Shown here: piece by piece, positions 8,308 through 16,605 of the stretch | Layout: each line of letters starts with the position of its first letter | Numbering within the stretch: position 1 is the stretch's first letter | Virus record (IMG/VR): IMGVR_UViG_3300028586_000760 | Location: 1-56,417 of that record | Length of the DNA: 56,417 nt | From: a virus | Lineage: Duplodnaviria; Caudoviricetes | Strand: one strand, 5' to 3' | Program-made: the position numbers and the translations under genes | The notes under the pieces: model-generated | What the model saw: the letters and a program-made list of their open reading frames with translations, nothing else | Databases searched by the model: none | What the model was told of the DNA's origin: nothing

Positions 8308-8889
8308 TTACTTTGGCGGATTGGGTGGCTGAGTCGTAAACGATGGCGGTGTTGGCACAGTGGCGTTCGGAACGGTGATAACGATCGGCGCTGGCTGAAC
8401 TGCAGGTTGTGCAGGTGCTTTATCTGATGTTTTTGAGAAAGTGATTACAGCACCAAGTATTGCAATGCCAAAACCAACAACCCATCGCGTGACTTCGATC
8501 GTCCCCTTGTGAGAATCGCCTCGAATATTGGCCATCTCAGCCTTGGCGTCCCCCGCTTGTTTAGCCATCTCGGCTCGAATTTGGGCCATCTCGATACGCA
8601 TGTCGCTTGACTGTCTCTCCATTGCTGATGACAGTTCGCTTGACTGCCTCTGCATTGCGGCGGATAAGTCTGCAAATCCAGTTTTGATGCTTGTGTCAAA
8701 GTTCGCTAGGCGAGCCTCTACCTTGGCTTCAGAGGCCGCGAGCTTCGCGTCTAATTCTTGTCGAGTGAGATCAGTCATGGTCTTATGATTGTGGCGAGCA
8801 GCCGATTTGTCAACCTGTTCGCCCAAAGGAAGAGCTTTGCTGAATTTTGCACGCATAGTCTCAAGGTTGCCTTGCTGAAAATGAGTCAT
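8308..8889 (-). CDS. Coiled-coil plus C-terminal TM protein (module A; alternative start 8778)
   Basis: MTDLTRQELDAKL, heptad repeats, TM WVVGFGIAILGAVITF, Pro-rich tail. Confidence 0.75.
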   Translation of the reverse strand: MTHFQQGNLETMRAKFSKALPLGEQVDKSAARHNHKTMTDLTRQELDAKLAASEAKVEARLANFDTSIKTGFADLSAAMQRQSSELSSAMERQSSDMRIEMAQIRAEMAKQAGDAKAEMANIRGDSHKGTIEVTRWVVGFGIAILGAVITFSKTSDKAPAQPAVQPAPIVITVPNATVPTPPSFTTQPPNPPK

Positions 8890-9269
8890 TCATCATCCCC
8901 ATCATCAAGACTTTTTCTCGAGGGTTTGCGTGACTTCATCCAATTCATTAAAGCCAATGAATCCTGTCCCCTGATAAAGCCGCAATTCGAGCAAATTAAA
9001 TATAAAACCCTTAAAGTTTGCGTTGTGGGCTCTCCATCCAAAGCGCTCAAAGGATGTTTAGCCAGTATAGGCGCCAAATCTTCATCATCCTCAGCTTCTT
9101 TAACATCTTCTAGGCCGCTATCGTTTGAGGGGATGATCCAGCTGTCGCTGCCACAGTAAAGACATCCCTCTTTACACCCTTTTTCATTAAAAAATTTTGT
9201 TATGTCGTTGCCGGTAATTCTCATAATTAGTGAGTTTCTATTGTTATCGGTGATCGCCAAAATTGGCAA
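8886..9269 (-). CDS. Zn-ribbon protein, low GC
   Basis: CLYC...CSNC pairs; ATGA overlap with downstream gene; start uncertain. Confidence 0.7.
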   Translation of the reverse strand: MPILAITDNNRNSLIMRITGNDITKFFNEKGCKEGCLYCGSDSWIIPSNDSGLEDVKEAEDDEDLAPILAKHPLSALDGEPTTQTLRVLYLICSNCGFIRGQDSLALMNWMKSRKPSRKSLDDGDDE

Positions 9270-9293
9270 TTTAATCCTATTTTGCGAGCATTA

Positions 9294-9650
9294 TTAAAGC
9301 CACGAGGATACGCCACCATGATGCGAGCACGTCCCTCTCCGATGCTGGCTGAAGCTGCAGGTTCCATCACGGCACTTCGCGCTCGCGCCAGCCGGCACCT
9401 GGTCGTGGGCTGACCGGGTCGGAGAGTGCACTTCGTTCCCGTCCTGGTTCCGGTAGTGGCGATGCGAGAGCAGCTGGGCTTCGTCTGGCTCGGCGCGCGG
9501 GTGCGTGGGCGACCTGGCCGGCTCGGCCGGCGCCGCCAGCTGGTGACGGGGCAGTGGCGCCGGATCTGGCGCGCGCTGGGCCTGGGCGACCGATGCGCAC
9601 AGCGCGAGCCCGAGAAGGCACTTCCGTGCGAAGGCTAGATCGCGGCGCAC
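9294..9650 (-). CDS. Secreted DUF3761-like protein
   Basis: Signal peptide (AQA); GASAKCRDGTCSFSQHRRGTCSHHGGV. Confidence 0.8.
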   Translation of the reverse strand: MRRDLAFARKCLLGLALCASVAQAQRAPDPAPLPRHQLAAPAEPARSPTHPRAEPDEAQLLSHRHYRNQDGNEVHSPTRSAHDQVPAGASAKCRDGTCSFSQHRRGTCSHHGGVSSWL

Positions 9651-10024
9651 AGCTCACGCACTTTTGTCTCGCCATCAGATGCGCTGTGCAACGCCTGCAT
9701 TACGATCCCATCCTTGATGAAGAAGTAACTCGGCAATGCGCCTGTGAATCCCCCGTAGCCGTTCTTGGCGTTGATCGTGGCGCACGTCGCCCAGCCGAAC
9801 TGCCCTGCGTTGCCGAACCCGTACCAGGACTTCGTCAGCGGCCGATAGAAGTCATATTTGGCATCGCTCGGATCTCGCATCCTGGCGTCCATATAGCTCC
9901 TGATCATCTCCTGGTAGTTCTCCGGCGCCGGGCCATAGTCAGCGGCTGCCAATTGCTGAGCCGTCGGCCCAGTTGCGCAGCCAGCGATCAAGAGGGGAAT
10001 GGCGATCAGTGAGAGGTTGCGCAT
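9635..10024 (-). CDS. Lipoprotein, candidate superinfection exclusion
   Basis: Lipobox LIAGC; INAKNGYGGFTG motif. Confidence 0.8.
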   Translation of the reverse strand: MRNLSLIAIPLLIAGCATGPTAQQLAAADYGPAPENYQEMIRSYMDARMRDPSDAKYDFYRPLTKSWYGFGNAGQFGWATCATINAKNGYGGFTGALPSYFFIKDGIVMQALHSASDGETKVRELCAAI

Positions 10025-10139
10025 GCTAGTGAGGGGAGAGGCGGCATCATCGCGTGCCGTATCGCTCGCGCGAGTATATCGCTTTTACAATGTAGAAATA
10101 CTCACGAATTGTTGCGTTCGAGTTGAGATGGGCGGACGT

Positions 10140-10162
10140 AAAAAAGCCCGCTTGAGGCGGGC
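10140..10162 (-). terminator. Intrinsic terminator of the cI operon
   Basis: GCCCGC stem with U6 on minus strand. Confidence 0.7.
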
Positions 10163-10192
10163 GTTGCTCCCTTGGTGCTTCGACATCGTGGC

Positions 10193-10780
10193 CTACTTGC
10201 TGGGGGCTCCCGTCCCCGGAGACCGGCCGCTGGGGTTGCGCTGGGCATCGTCGAGGCGCTGCTGCATCTGCTTTAAAAGCGCCGCTGTCTCTTCACTCTG
10301 ACGCTTCACCTCGGCCTGCGCCGCCGACGTGCTTTTCCCGGATTCAAACGACGCAACCATATTGGATAAAACGGTGGCATTGAAGGCTGCAACTCCCAGC
10401 ACAATAGCCAGTACCGTGCTGATCGCGGTAATGATGATAGTGGACTTGAGTCCCCCTAATGATGCCTGGGTCTCGCGCTGACTTTCCTCAATGCGCGAAA
10501 ACCGATCATCGGTACGTAGCGACCGCTCCTCCATGCGACCCACAAAGCCATCAATGCTCGCTTGAATGGCTGCAACTCGCCCATCCATCCTGACTTCAAT
10601 GGTTTCCAGCTTTGCGTCTACCTCTTGTCGGGTAAGGTCGGTCATCGGTCTTTGCGTGGATTGTGCTGCATGGTCACTTCGATCATAGCTCGCGCCGTTG
10701 CTGCGGTCAAACGAGGACAGGCCGGCCTCTCTTAGGTGTCGAATCTCATCATTGAGATAGCGCAGGTTATCAGCTTCCAT
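10193..10780 (-). CDS. Coiled-coil/TM protein (module B; alternative start 10645)
   Basis: MTDLTRQEVDAKL; TM IIITAISTVLAIVLGVAAF. Confidence 0.75.
   Translation of the reverse strand: MEADNLRYLNDEIRHLREAGLSSFDRSNGASYDRSDHAAQSTQRPMTDLTRQEVDAKLETIEVRMDGRVAAIQASIDGFVGRMEERSLRTDDRFSRIEESQRETQASLGGLKSTIIITAISTVLAIVLGVAAFNATVLSNMVASFESGKSTSAAQAEVKRQSEETAALLKQMQQRLDDAQRNPSGRSPGTGAPSK
10682..10710 (-). promoter_or_regulatory. Internal sigma70 promoter
   Basis: TTGACC-N17-TATGAT upstream of ATG 10645. Confidence 0.6.
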
Positions 10781-11042
10781 GCTTGTCCTTCAATTCTGCC
10801 GCGAGAATATTCGCAACCACCTGGAGTGTGCTGTTTTGGACTGTTAGTGCGTCAATGGTTGCCTGTAGCGCATCCACAAGAGGCTGGCGCTCCGGATTGG
10901 CTGGTAGTAGTTTTGCAATCTCAACCAGGGCAGTAATAGCTCGAGCCTGAGTTGTTTGCTGCGCACTAAGCAATTCGAGCAGCGCAGTTGTTGATGCAAC
11001 GTTCATATGGATCCTATTTTTCGCGCGATCGGTGGTATTCAC
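10770..11042 (-). CDS. Helical hypothetical protein
   Basis: 90-aa ORF in cI operon, overlaps next gene. Confidence 0.6.
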   Translation of the reverse strand: MNTTDRAKNRIHMNVASTTALLELLSAQQTTQARAITALVEIAKLLPANPERQPLVDALQATIDALTVQNSTLQVVANILAAELKDKHGS

Positions 11043-11057
11043 GCGCGCCGTAGCGTC

Positions 11058-11507
11058 TCAAAGTCGTCCGGTGACAATCCGACCCGGCTGATAGACAACT
11101 CGGCCAACGATGTTCATCTGCCCGCTTCGCACGTTGATCGGCTTGAAGGCCGGGCTCAAATAGTTCAGATACCACTGACCGCCGCGCTCTACTAGCTGCT
11201 GGACGCAGGCCTCGCCGTTCCAGTTCACTGCATACACTTCGCCGCTGCGTCGCACTGTGTCGCTGGCGTCGATCACGATCCAGTCATCCTCGAATAGCAT
11301 GGGCTCCATGCCTTGGTCTCGGACCTGGAGCGCAATCAGCGCGGCCGGGTCGACCTTCAGTTGAGAAACCTCGGCAGCTGGCACTGCAATGACATCGCCA
11401 GCTTCCACGGCAGGTTCGGTTTCGAAGCCCGAAATGCCGGCGCGTAGTCGCAGTCGCACACGTCGAACGAACCTAAAGTCGAGCGCTATATTGCTGAGTG
11501 TCGTCAT
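11058..11507 (-). CDS. Stand-alone S24/LexA-type domain lacking catalytic residues
   Basis: LRAG site, VRDQGMEP in place of GxSM, CVQQL in place of KRL, IVGRVV; ATGA-coupled to cI. Confidence 0.8.
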   Translation of the reverse strand: MTTLSNIALDFRFVRRVRLRLRAGISGFETEPAVEAGDVIAVPAAEVSQLKVDPAALIALQVRDQGMEPMLFEDDWIVIDASDTVRRSGEVYAVNWNGEACVQQLVERGGQWYLNYLSPAFKPINVRSGQMNIVGRVVYQPGRIVTGRL

Positions 11508-12181
11508 ACGCTCGGCCGGAATGCCGATTTAGGGATGTGGCCGAGCACCAGATGCATCTTCATGATGTCCTCGCAGTCGATCACGATGTTCGGATAGTCC
11601 TTGTTGACCGACTCGAAGCAGGCCTGCTTGTCGCGAACCCAGAGCAAGCGCTTGATCATGCGCCGGCCGTCATGCATCAAGACGATCACCTCGTCGCTGG
11701 GCAGCACCTCGGCGCACGGATCGACGCCAACAAATTCTCCAGGGAGATAACGAGGGCTCATGCTCTCACCGCGAACCCGAAGTGCATACGCCTCAATGCA
11801 CGATGTATACCAAGCCATAAAACCGTCAGGGTGATCAGGGTGGAAGTCGTCGATGTGCAGCAGGCCATCAGGCCCTGCCTGTACGCGCCCCGCTACCGGG
11901 ATGAGTCGCGGTGTGCCGAGAATCTCAGGCCCATCCTCGACTTCCGAATCGTCGACTAACGCCCCTGGCCTGTACTTTGGCAGCTTCCCATCGGTTATCC
12001 AGTCCAAGCTGAACTTGGTTCGACCGAACGCTTTCAGCGGCTTCGGGCCGAGTTTTGTCCTGCCCGAAAACCATTGGGTCACTAGCCCCTGAGAAACACC
12101 GCAAAATTTTGCCAACTCGGTGCTGTTCGCCAGGCCAAGTTCTTTCATCGCCTCTTCGAGGCGTGTTGCCAGATCGTTCAT
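11504..12181 (-). CDS. cI: CI-like repressor (HTH plus S24 autopeptidase)
   Basis: HTH ELAKFCGVSQGLVTQW; VQAG cleavage site; GESM serine; IKRL lysine; alternative start 12190. Confidence 0.93.
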   Translation of the reverse strand: MNDLATRLEEAMKELGLANSTELAKFCGVSQGLVTQWFSGRTKLGPKPLKAFGRTKFSLDWITDGKLPKYRPGALVDDSEVEDGPEILGTPRLIPVAGRVQAGPDGLLHIDDFHPDHPDGFMAWYTSCIEAYALRVRGESMSPRYLPGEFVGVDPCAEVLPSDEVIVLMHDGRRMIKRLLWVRDKQACFESVNKDYPNIVIDCEDIMKMHLVLGHIPKSAFRPSV

Positions 12182-12182
12182 G

Positions 12183-12251
12183 TTTAGCACTCTAAATGTT
12201 TTTAGCTTTAGCGTGCTTGCAGAAATTACTTTAGTAAGCTAAAGTAACTAC
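12183..12251. promoter_or_regulatory. OR region: operators 12183-12196, 12207-12220 (degenerate), 12230-12243; PR and PRM
   Basis: TTTAG-N4-CTAAA palindromes; PR TTGCAG(12217)-N17-TAAAGT(12240); PRM -10 TAGAGT on minus strand. Confidence 0.85.
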
Positions 12252-12473
12252 ATGAACAAACAGCTGACGCCCGACGAAATCATCGATGCCCTGGGCGGGA
12301 CATCAAAAGTTGCTGAGTTGAGTGACGTGACTGATTCCGCTGTGTCGCAGTGGAGGGTCAACGGCATCCCAAAGCATCAGATGAAATTCCTTCGGCTGGC
12401 GCGTGCAGCTGTGTTTGCTTCTCTTGAGGCGCAGGTTGACTCTGACGACCCGCGGCGCCGCGCAACTGATTAG
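12252..12473 (+). CDS. cro: Cro-like repressor
   Basis: IIDALGGTSKVAEL..VT.SAVSQWR..GIP; divergent from cI. Confidence 0.88.
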   Translation: MNKQLTPDEIIDALGGTSKVAELSDVTDSAVSQWRVNGIPKHQMKFLRLARAAVFASLEAQVDSDDPRRRATD

Positions 12474-12644
12474 CCCGGCGCGCCCCGCAGTAGATCGTGA
12501 CCAGGCCGGCGCCGCTCACGTGGAGCGACACGGCAATCAGATCAAGGTTCATCAGGACGAAAGCTTGGGTAGCGGGCATTTGTTGGGCCTCGAATGTTGT
12601 CAAAAATCAGTGTTGCTAGATTAACTTTCTAAATAGAAAAAGTC

Positions 12645-13226
12645 ATGAAACAGACGCCTCAATTCCTGGCTCCAGTCGTAATTCTCCGTGCGGAGGTCGA
12701 GGCCTGGCGCACCGCGGGCCGCATGAGCCGTGAAGCTGTGGCGATCGCCATCGTCGAGAAGCACAAGGAAAGCGGCGCCGACCTCGCGACCGAACTCTCG
12801 TTCGATTACGAGGGTAGCGACACCTTCGCTCGCGCCCGCAAGTCGGCGCAGAAGATTTTCCGCTGGCTGGACGAAGGCAACCTGCCGGCCAACATGATCC
12901 CGTCGATCCTGGCCGCACTGCCAGCGGAGCGGCAACTGGCTGCGCTGAACCAGATGTTCACCCCGATGGGCATCGAGGCTCGCTCGATCGAGCAGCGCCC
13001 GGCCGCAGGCTTCGACGTGCTCAAGCACCTGCGCGCCGTGATGAAGGAGGGCGGCGAAGGTCAGATGGCACTGGTCACTCTGCCGCCGGATGCAAGCCAC
13101 GCCCATCGCCTCGCCGTGCACAAGGAACTGGCCGAAGCAGCGCATGCGTTCTCGAATGCCGCTGACGAACTTCTGGCTGACGCGACGGCTCAGGACGCCC
13201 TGGCGCGCGCCTCGATTTCGAAGTGA
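12645..13226 (+). CDS. CII-like regulatory protein
   Basis: Position after cro; QKIFRWLD...LPANMIPSILAALP. Confidence 0.6.
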   Translation: MKQTPQFLAPVVILRAEVEAWRTAGRMSREAVAIAIVEKHKESGADLATELSFDYEGSDTFARARKSAQKIFRWLDEGNLPANMIPSILAALPAERQLAALNQMFTPMGIEARSIEQRPAAGFDVLKHLRAVMKEGGEGQMALVTLPPDASHAHRLAVHKELAEAAHAFSNAADELLADATAQDALARASISK

Positions 13227-13285
13227 GCAGCACCCAGGCGGCGGGGCATGCCGCCACCAATACCAACACCACCAGGAGAAAAGCG

Positions 13286-13579
13286 ATGAGCACCGCAGCT
13301 GCAGCAGCACCGGCCGAGACGGCTGAATCCTTCAACCCGGACCCGGGCGCGCTGCTCGACCACCTGATCAAGCACCTGGCCCTGAAGAACGACGCGGCCC
13401 TGGCGCGCGAGCTTGAAGTGGCGCCGCCGGTCCTGAGCAAGCTGCGCCACGGCCGCCTGGCGGTGGGCGCCACGATCCTGATCCGGATGCACGAGGTGAG
13501 CGACATCTCGATCAGGGAACTGCGCGCGCTGGCGGGCGATCGCCGCGCCAAGTTCCGCTCCGACGTCAAGGGCGAGTAG
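13286..13579 (+). CDS. HTH DNA-binding protein
   Basis: LKNDAALARELEVAPPVLSKLRHG; AGGAG RBS. Confidence 0.8.
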   Translation: MSTAAAAAPAETAESFNPDPGALLDHLIKHLALKNDAALARELEVAPPVLSKLRHGRLAVGATILIRMHEVSDISIRELRALAGDRRAKFRSDVKGE

Positions 13580-13652
13580 ACCACTCCCCAGCAATACCAC
13601 GATAAACCAGCCGCAGTCCCGAGGAATGCGGCACATCAGAGAAGGAGGGTAG

Positions 13653-13778
13653 ATGGATCAAAAGAAGGGCGACCAAGTGCCGGCGCCGGCGAGCCACGAA
13701 GAACCGGAGCCGCACCACGTCATGAGCAGCGAGAAGTGGGAACGCATCAAGGCCGAGATGGCCGGTAAGCAGAAATGA
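13653..13778 (+). CDS. 41-aa hypothetical protein
   Basis: Strong AAGGAGG RBS; followed by a hairpin. Confidence 0.5.
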   Translation: MDQKKGDQVPAPASHEEPEPHHVMSSEKWERIKAEMAGKQK

Positions 13779-13780
13779 CA

Positions 13781-13802
13781 AAGCCCGGCTGCAACCGGGC
13801 TT
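13781..13802 (+). terminator. Hairpin, tR1-like terminator
   Basis: AAGCCCGG-CTGCAA-CCGGGCTT. Confidence 0.5.
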
Positions 13803-13832
13803 CGGTAAAGCTAAACATCAAGTGAGGATCGA

Positions 13833-14165
13833 ATGCTAACACAAAAAAACGCGCCGGCATCACAAGCCGGTGAGGATCAAGCTTCAGGCGACTTCGCTGC
13901 GCGCCTCAAGCATCACAAAAACACCTGGGCCGGCATCCAGGCGGCCCGGCTCGACGCTGGCGCCGGCGCCGAAGTGGTGATCGCGCAGGCCTGGTCGGTC
14001 AAGCCGCCGGCCGTCGACAACTCGTCGCTCACCGCGGCGATTCTCGAGCAGAAGCACAAGATGCTGGCTGGCGATGTCCTCTACGTCACCGAGGTCCGTC
14101 GCCACGTCGTAACGGATGCCGATCTGAATGCCGCGGCCCATGCCGTGATCGGCGGTGCGCAATGA
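13833..14165 (+). CDS. Hypothetical protein
   Basis: GAGGA RBS; coupled to next gene. Confidence 0.65.
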   Translation: MLTQKNAPASQAGEDQASGDFAARLKHHKNTWAGIQAARLDAGAGAEVVIAQAWSVKPPAVDNSSLTAAILEQKHKMLAGDVLYVTEVRRHVVTDADLNAAAHAVIGGAQ

Positions 14166-14698
14166 TCGCCCTCGAAGCCATGCTGTTCGCGCGCCACGTG
14201 CACGCCGGCCAGGCGCGCCGCTACACCGGCAACCCGTATGCCGACCACCTGGCGGAAGTCGCAGGGATCGTCTCGACGGTTGCTGCGGATCACGCGCCGC
14301 GCGACTGCGTCGCCGGCGCCAAGGGGCAAATCGAGCGAATGGTCGCGGTGGCCTGGCTGCACGACTGTGTCGAGGACCAGGGCATCACCGAGGCCGAGCT
14401 CACGGAGCGCTTTGGCAGCATTGCGGCCGGCGCCGTGATGCTCCTCTCCGACATGGAGCAGGGTAACCGCGCCGAGCGCAAGGCCGCGTCCAGGGCGCGC
14501 CTCGCTGCGGCGCCGGGCTGGGTCCAGACCATCAAGGTTGCGGACATGATCAGCAACACATCCTCGATCGTGCAGAACGATCCGAAGTTCGCCGTCACCT
14601 ACCTGGCCGAAAAGCGCCTGATGCTCGACGTCCTGACGCGCGCCGACGAGCGCCTGGTCGCTGTGGCGCGCCGCCAGCTTGCGGGAGCTTTAGCATGA
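14162..14698 (+). CDS. HD-domain hydrolase, RelA/SpoT hydrolase (Mesh1/SAH)-like
   Basis: HAGQARRYTGNPYADH, AWLHDCVED, IKVADMISN. Confidence 0.85.
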   Translation: MIALEAMLFARHVHAGQARRYTGNPYADHLAEVAGIVSTVAADHAPRDCVAGAKGQIERMVAVAWLHDCVEDQGITEAELTERFGSIAAGAVMLLSDMEQGNRAERKAASRARLAAAPGWVQTIKVADMISNTSSIVQNDPKFAVTYLAEKRLMLDVLTRADERLVAVARRQLAGALA

Positions 14699-15411
14699 GC
14701 ACCCTGACGAAAGAGCAGTTCCAGAAGGACGTCGCTGACCACCGGATGCAAATCATCCGCGACGACGGCGTGTACCGCCACGTCCGCTTCCAGCAGCCAG
14801 GCTCGAGCGACATGTACTTCGACCTGATCACCTGGCCGGGTTGCCTGTGCTACACGGGCGACATGGGCACCTACGTGTTCCAGCGCACGACGGACATGTT
14901 CGAGTTCTTCCGCCGCCCGGCGCATTGCCGCTACACGATCGACGTGCGCTACTGGGCCGAGAAGGTCGAGGCCGGCGATAAGTCGAGTCGCGGCGACGGC
15001 ATCAAGGAATTCAGCAAGGCGAAGTTCGACGCCAACGTGCGCAAGGAGCTCGAGGACTTCATCAAGCGCGAGATGGAAGAGGCGGCGGAGCACGGCGAGA
15101 CCGAGCTGTGCACGTGCGCCATGAGCGACCTGCGCGCCGAGGTCGAGAACGACGTGATCAGCGCCGACGACAACGACATCCGCTGCTACGACGCGGCCAA
15201 CGACTTCAAGTTCGACGGCAGCAACAGCGATGCGTGGGTCGCGCTCTATGGCGACGCCCGTTCGTTCGACTTCACGGACTTCTGGGAGGTCGACCACACC
15301 GAATACACGCTGCGCTTCCAGTGGTGTTGCATGGCCCTGTCCTGGGCGATGCAGGTCTACGACGAAGCCAAGGCCGGCGCTCCGGCAGAAAGCACCGAGG
15401 TTCCAGCATGA
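14695..15411 (+). CDS. Conserved phage hypothetical protein
   Basis: DLITWPGCLCYTGDMGTYVF...YWAEKV; coupled ORF. Confidence 0.75.
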   Translation: MSTLTKEQFQKDVADHRMQIIRDDGVYRHVRFQQPGSSDMYFDLITWPGCLCYTGDMGTYVFQRTTDMFEFFRRPAHCRYTIDVRYWAEKVEAGDKSSRGDGIKEFSKAKFDANVRKELEDFIKREMEEAAEHGETELCTCAMSDLRAEVENDVISADDNDIRCYDAANDFKFDGSNSDAWVALYGDARSFDFTDFWEVDHTEYTLRFQWCCMALSWAMQVYDEAKAGAPAESTEVPA

Positions 15412-15722
15412 GAATTACCGTCATCCTTGCATCCGGCAAGGTCTCCTCGGAAGAAGTGATTGCCGAGCCTTTCGGCATCGATGGGTGCGACGAGAAATTC
15501 GCTGTGCACCGTTCGATCGGCGATGGCTTTTACGGTAGCCCCTGGACTGCCACGCACGTCGAAACAGGGCTCTGCATTGCTCATGGCGACACGATCGACG
15601 GAACCATCGAAGCCGGTCGCGCCGCATGGAAATCCAGGACCCCGGAGGAAATCGCCGCCGTCAAGGCGCGCCGCGCCACCGAAATTGCCTTACTCCGCGC
15701 CAAAGCAGGAGGCCTCCAATGA
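15408..15722 (+). CDS. Hypothetical protein
   Basis: ATGA-coupled at both ends. Confidence 0.6.
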   Translation: MRITVILASGKVSSEEVIAEPFGIDGCDEKFAVHRSIGDGFYGSPWTATHVETGLCIAHGDTIDGTIEAGRAAWKSRTPEEIAAVKARRATEIALLRAKAGGLQ

Positions 15723-16207
15723 GCCGCACCAACCACGCAATCTCCACCCCCACCGCTGCGCGCCTGGCGAACCTGCGCAAGCTGGTAACCGCGCTGCAGG
15801 TCAACCAGCTCTCGCGCACCGAGATCAGCAACCTGCTGCAGGTCGGCGAATCGTGCGCCCGCGCCTATATCAAGGAGCTGGGCGACAAGGTCGCGGTGGT
15901 GCGCCACATCGGCCGCACCGACACCCCGCGCTCGGTCGGCGAGCCAGTCTACTGCCTGGCGATCGCCGCCGACCAGGTGCAGGCGTTCCTGGTCAGCCTC
16001 GCCGCCGCACCGCGCCGGCATGGTGGTCGGGCTCCCGACATCGTCATCGCAGCACGCCAGCCCGGCCGTCGTTTCCACATCCTAGCCGACGACACGCACT
16101 ACGCAATTCGCGTCAGCCGCGCGCCGGCGATGCGTGATCCGCTGGTGGCGGCGCTCTTCGGCGCGGCCGCAGCTTCCGTTCAACCTCACAATGCCGGGAG
16201 GGCATGA
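15719..16207 (+). CDS. Probable winged-HTH protein
   Basis: LSRTEISNLLQVGESCARAYIKEL; C-terminal RDPLVAALFG. Confidence 0.65.
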   Translation: MSRTNHAISTPTAARLANLRKLVTALQVNQLSRTEISNLLQVGESCARAYIKELGDKVAVVRHIGRTDTPRSVGEPVYCLAIAADQVQAFLVSLAAAPRRHGGRAPDIVIAARQPGRRFHILADDTHYAIRVSRAPAMRDPLVAALFGAAAASVQPHNAGRA

Positions 16208-16605
16208 TGGGTGCATTTTGCGTATTCGGCGTGAGCCGGTCGGCGTGCCGCAAGGTGGCCGAGAAGAATGTTCCGACCTGGGATTCGCAGGCAAAGCGCT
16301 CGCTGTCCGCGCCGGAGTGGGGTGCGCGTGTCGCAGCCGAGACTGAGCGCCTGTTCGAGCAGACGGAAAAGCAGGTTCGCATCTCGCCTGAACTCGACGC
16401 GCCGCAGTTCTGCCACGACTGGATCGCATCCCAGCCGGGCGAGGTCAAGCTCACGCGCCTGATGTACCGCGGCCCGAAGATCGACAAGCACGGCGCCGCC
16501 GTGGTGCGCGACGGGGTGCCGGTGCTCACCTGGTTGCCGTACGACGAATCAATGGTCGTGGCGCGCCCATTTGGTGAGCCAGCTCGCATGGAGGCGCGAG
16601 CATGA
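16204..16605 (+). CDS. Hypothetical protein
   Basis: Coupled ORF. Confidence 0.65.
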   Translation: MMGAFCVFGVSRSACRKVAEKNVPTWDSQAKRSLSAPEWGARVAAETERLFEQTEKQVRISPELDAPQFCHDWIASQPGEVKLTRLMYRGPKIDKHGAAVVRDGVPVLTWLPYDESMVVARPFGEPARMEARA

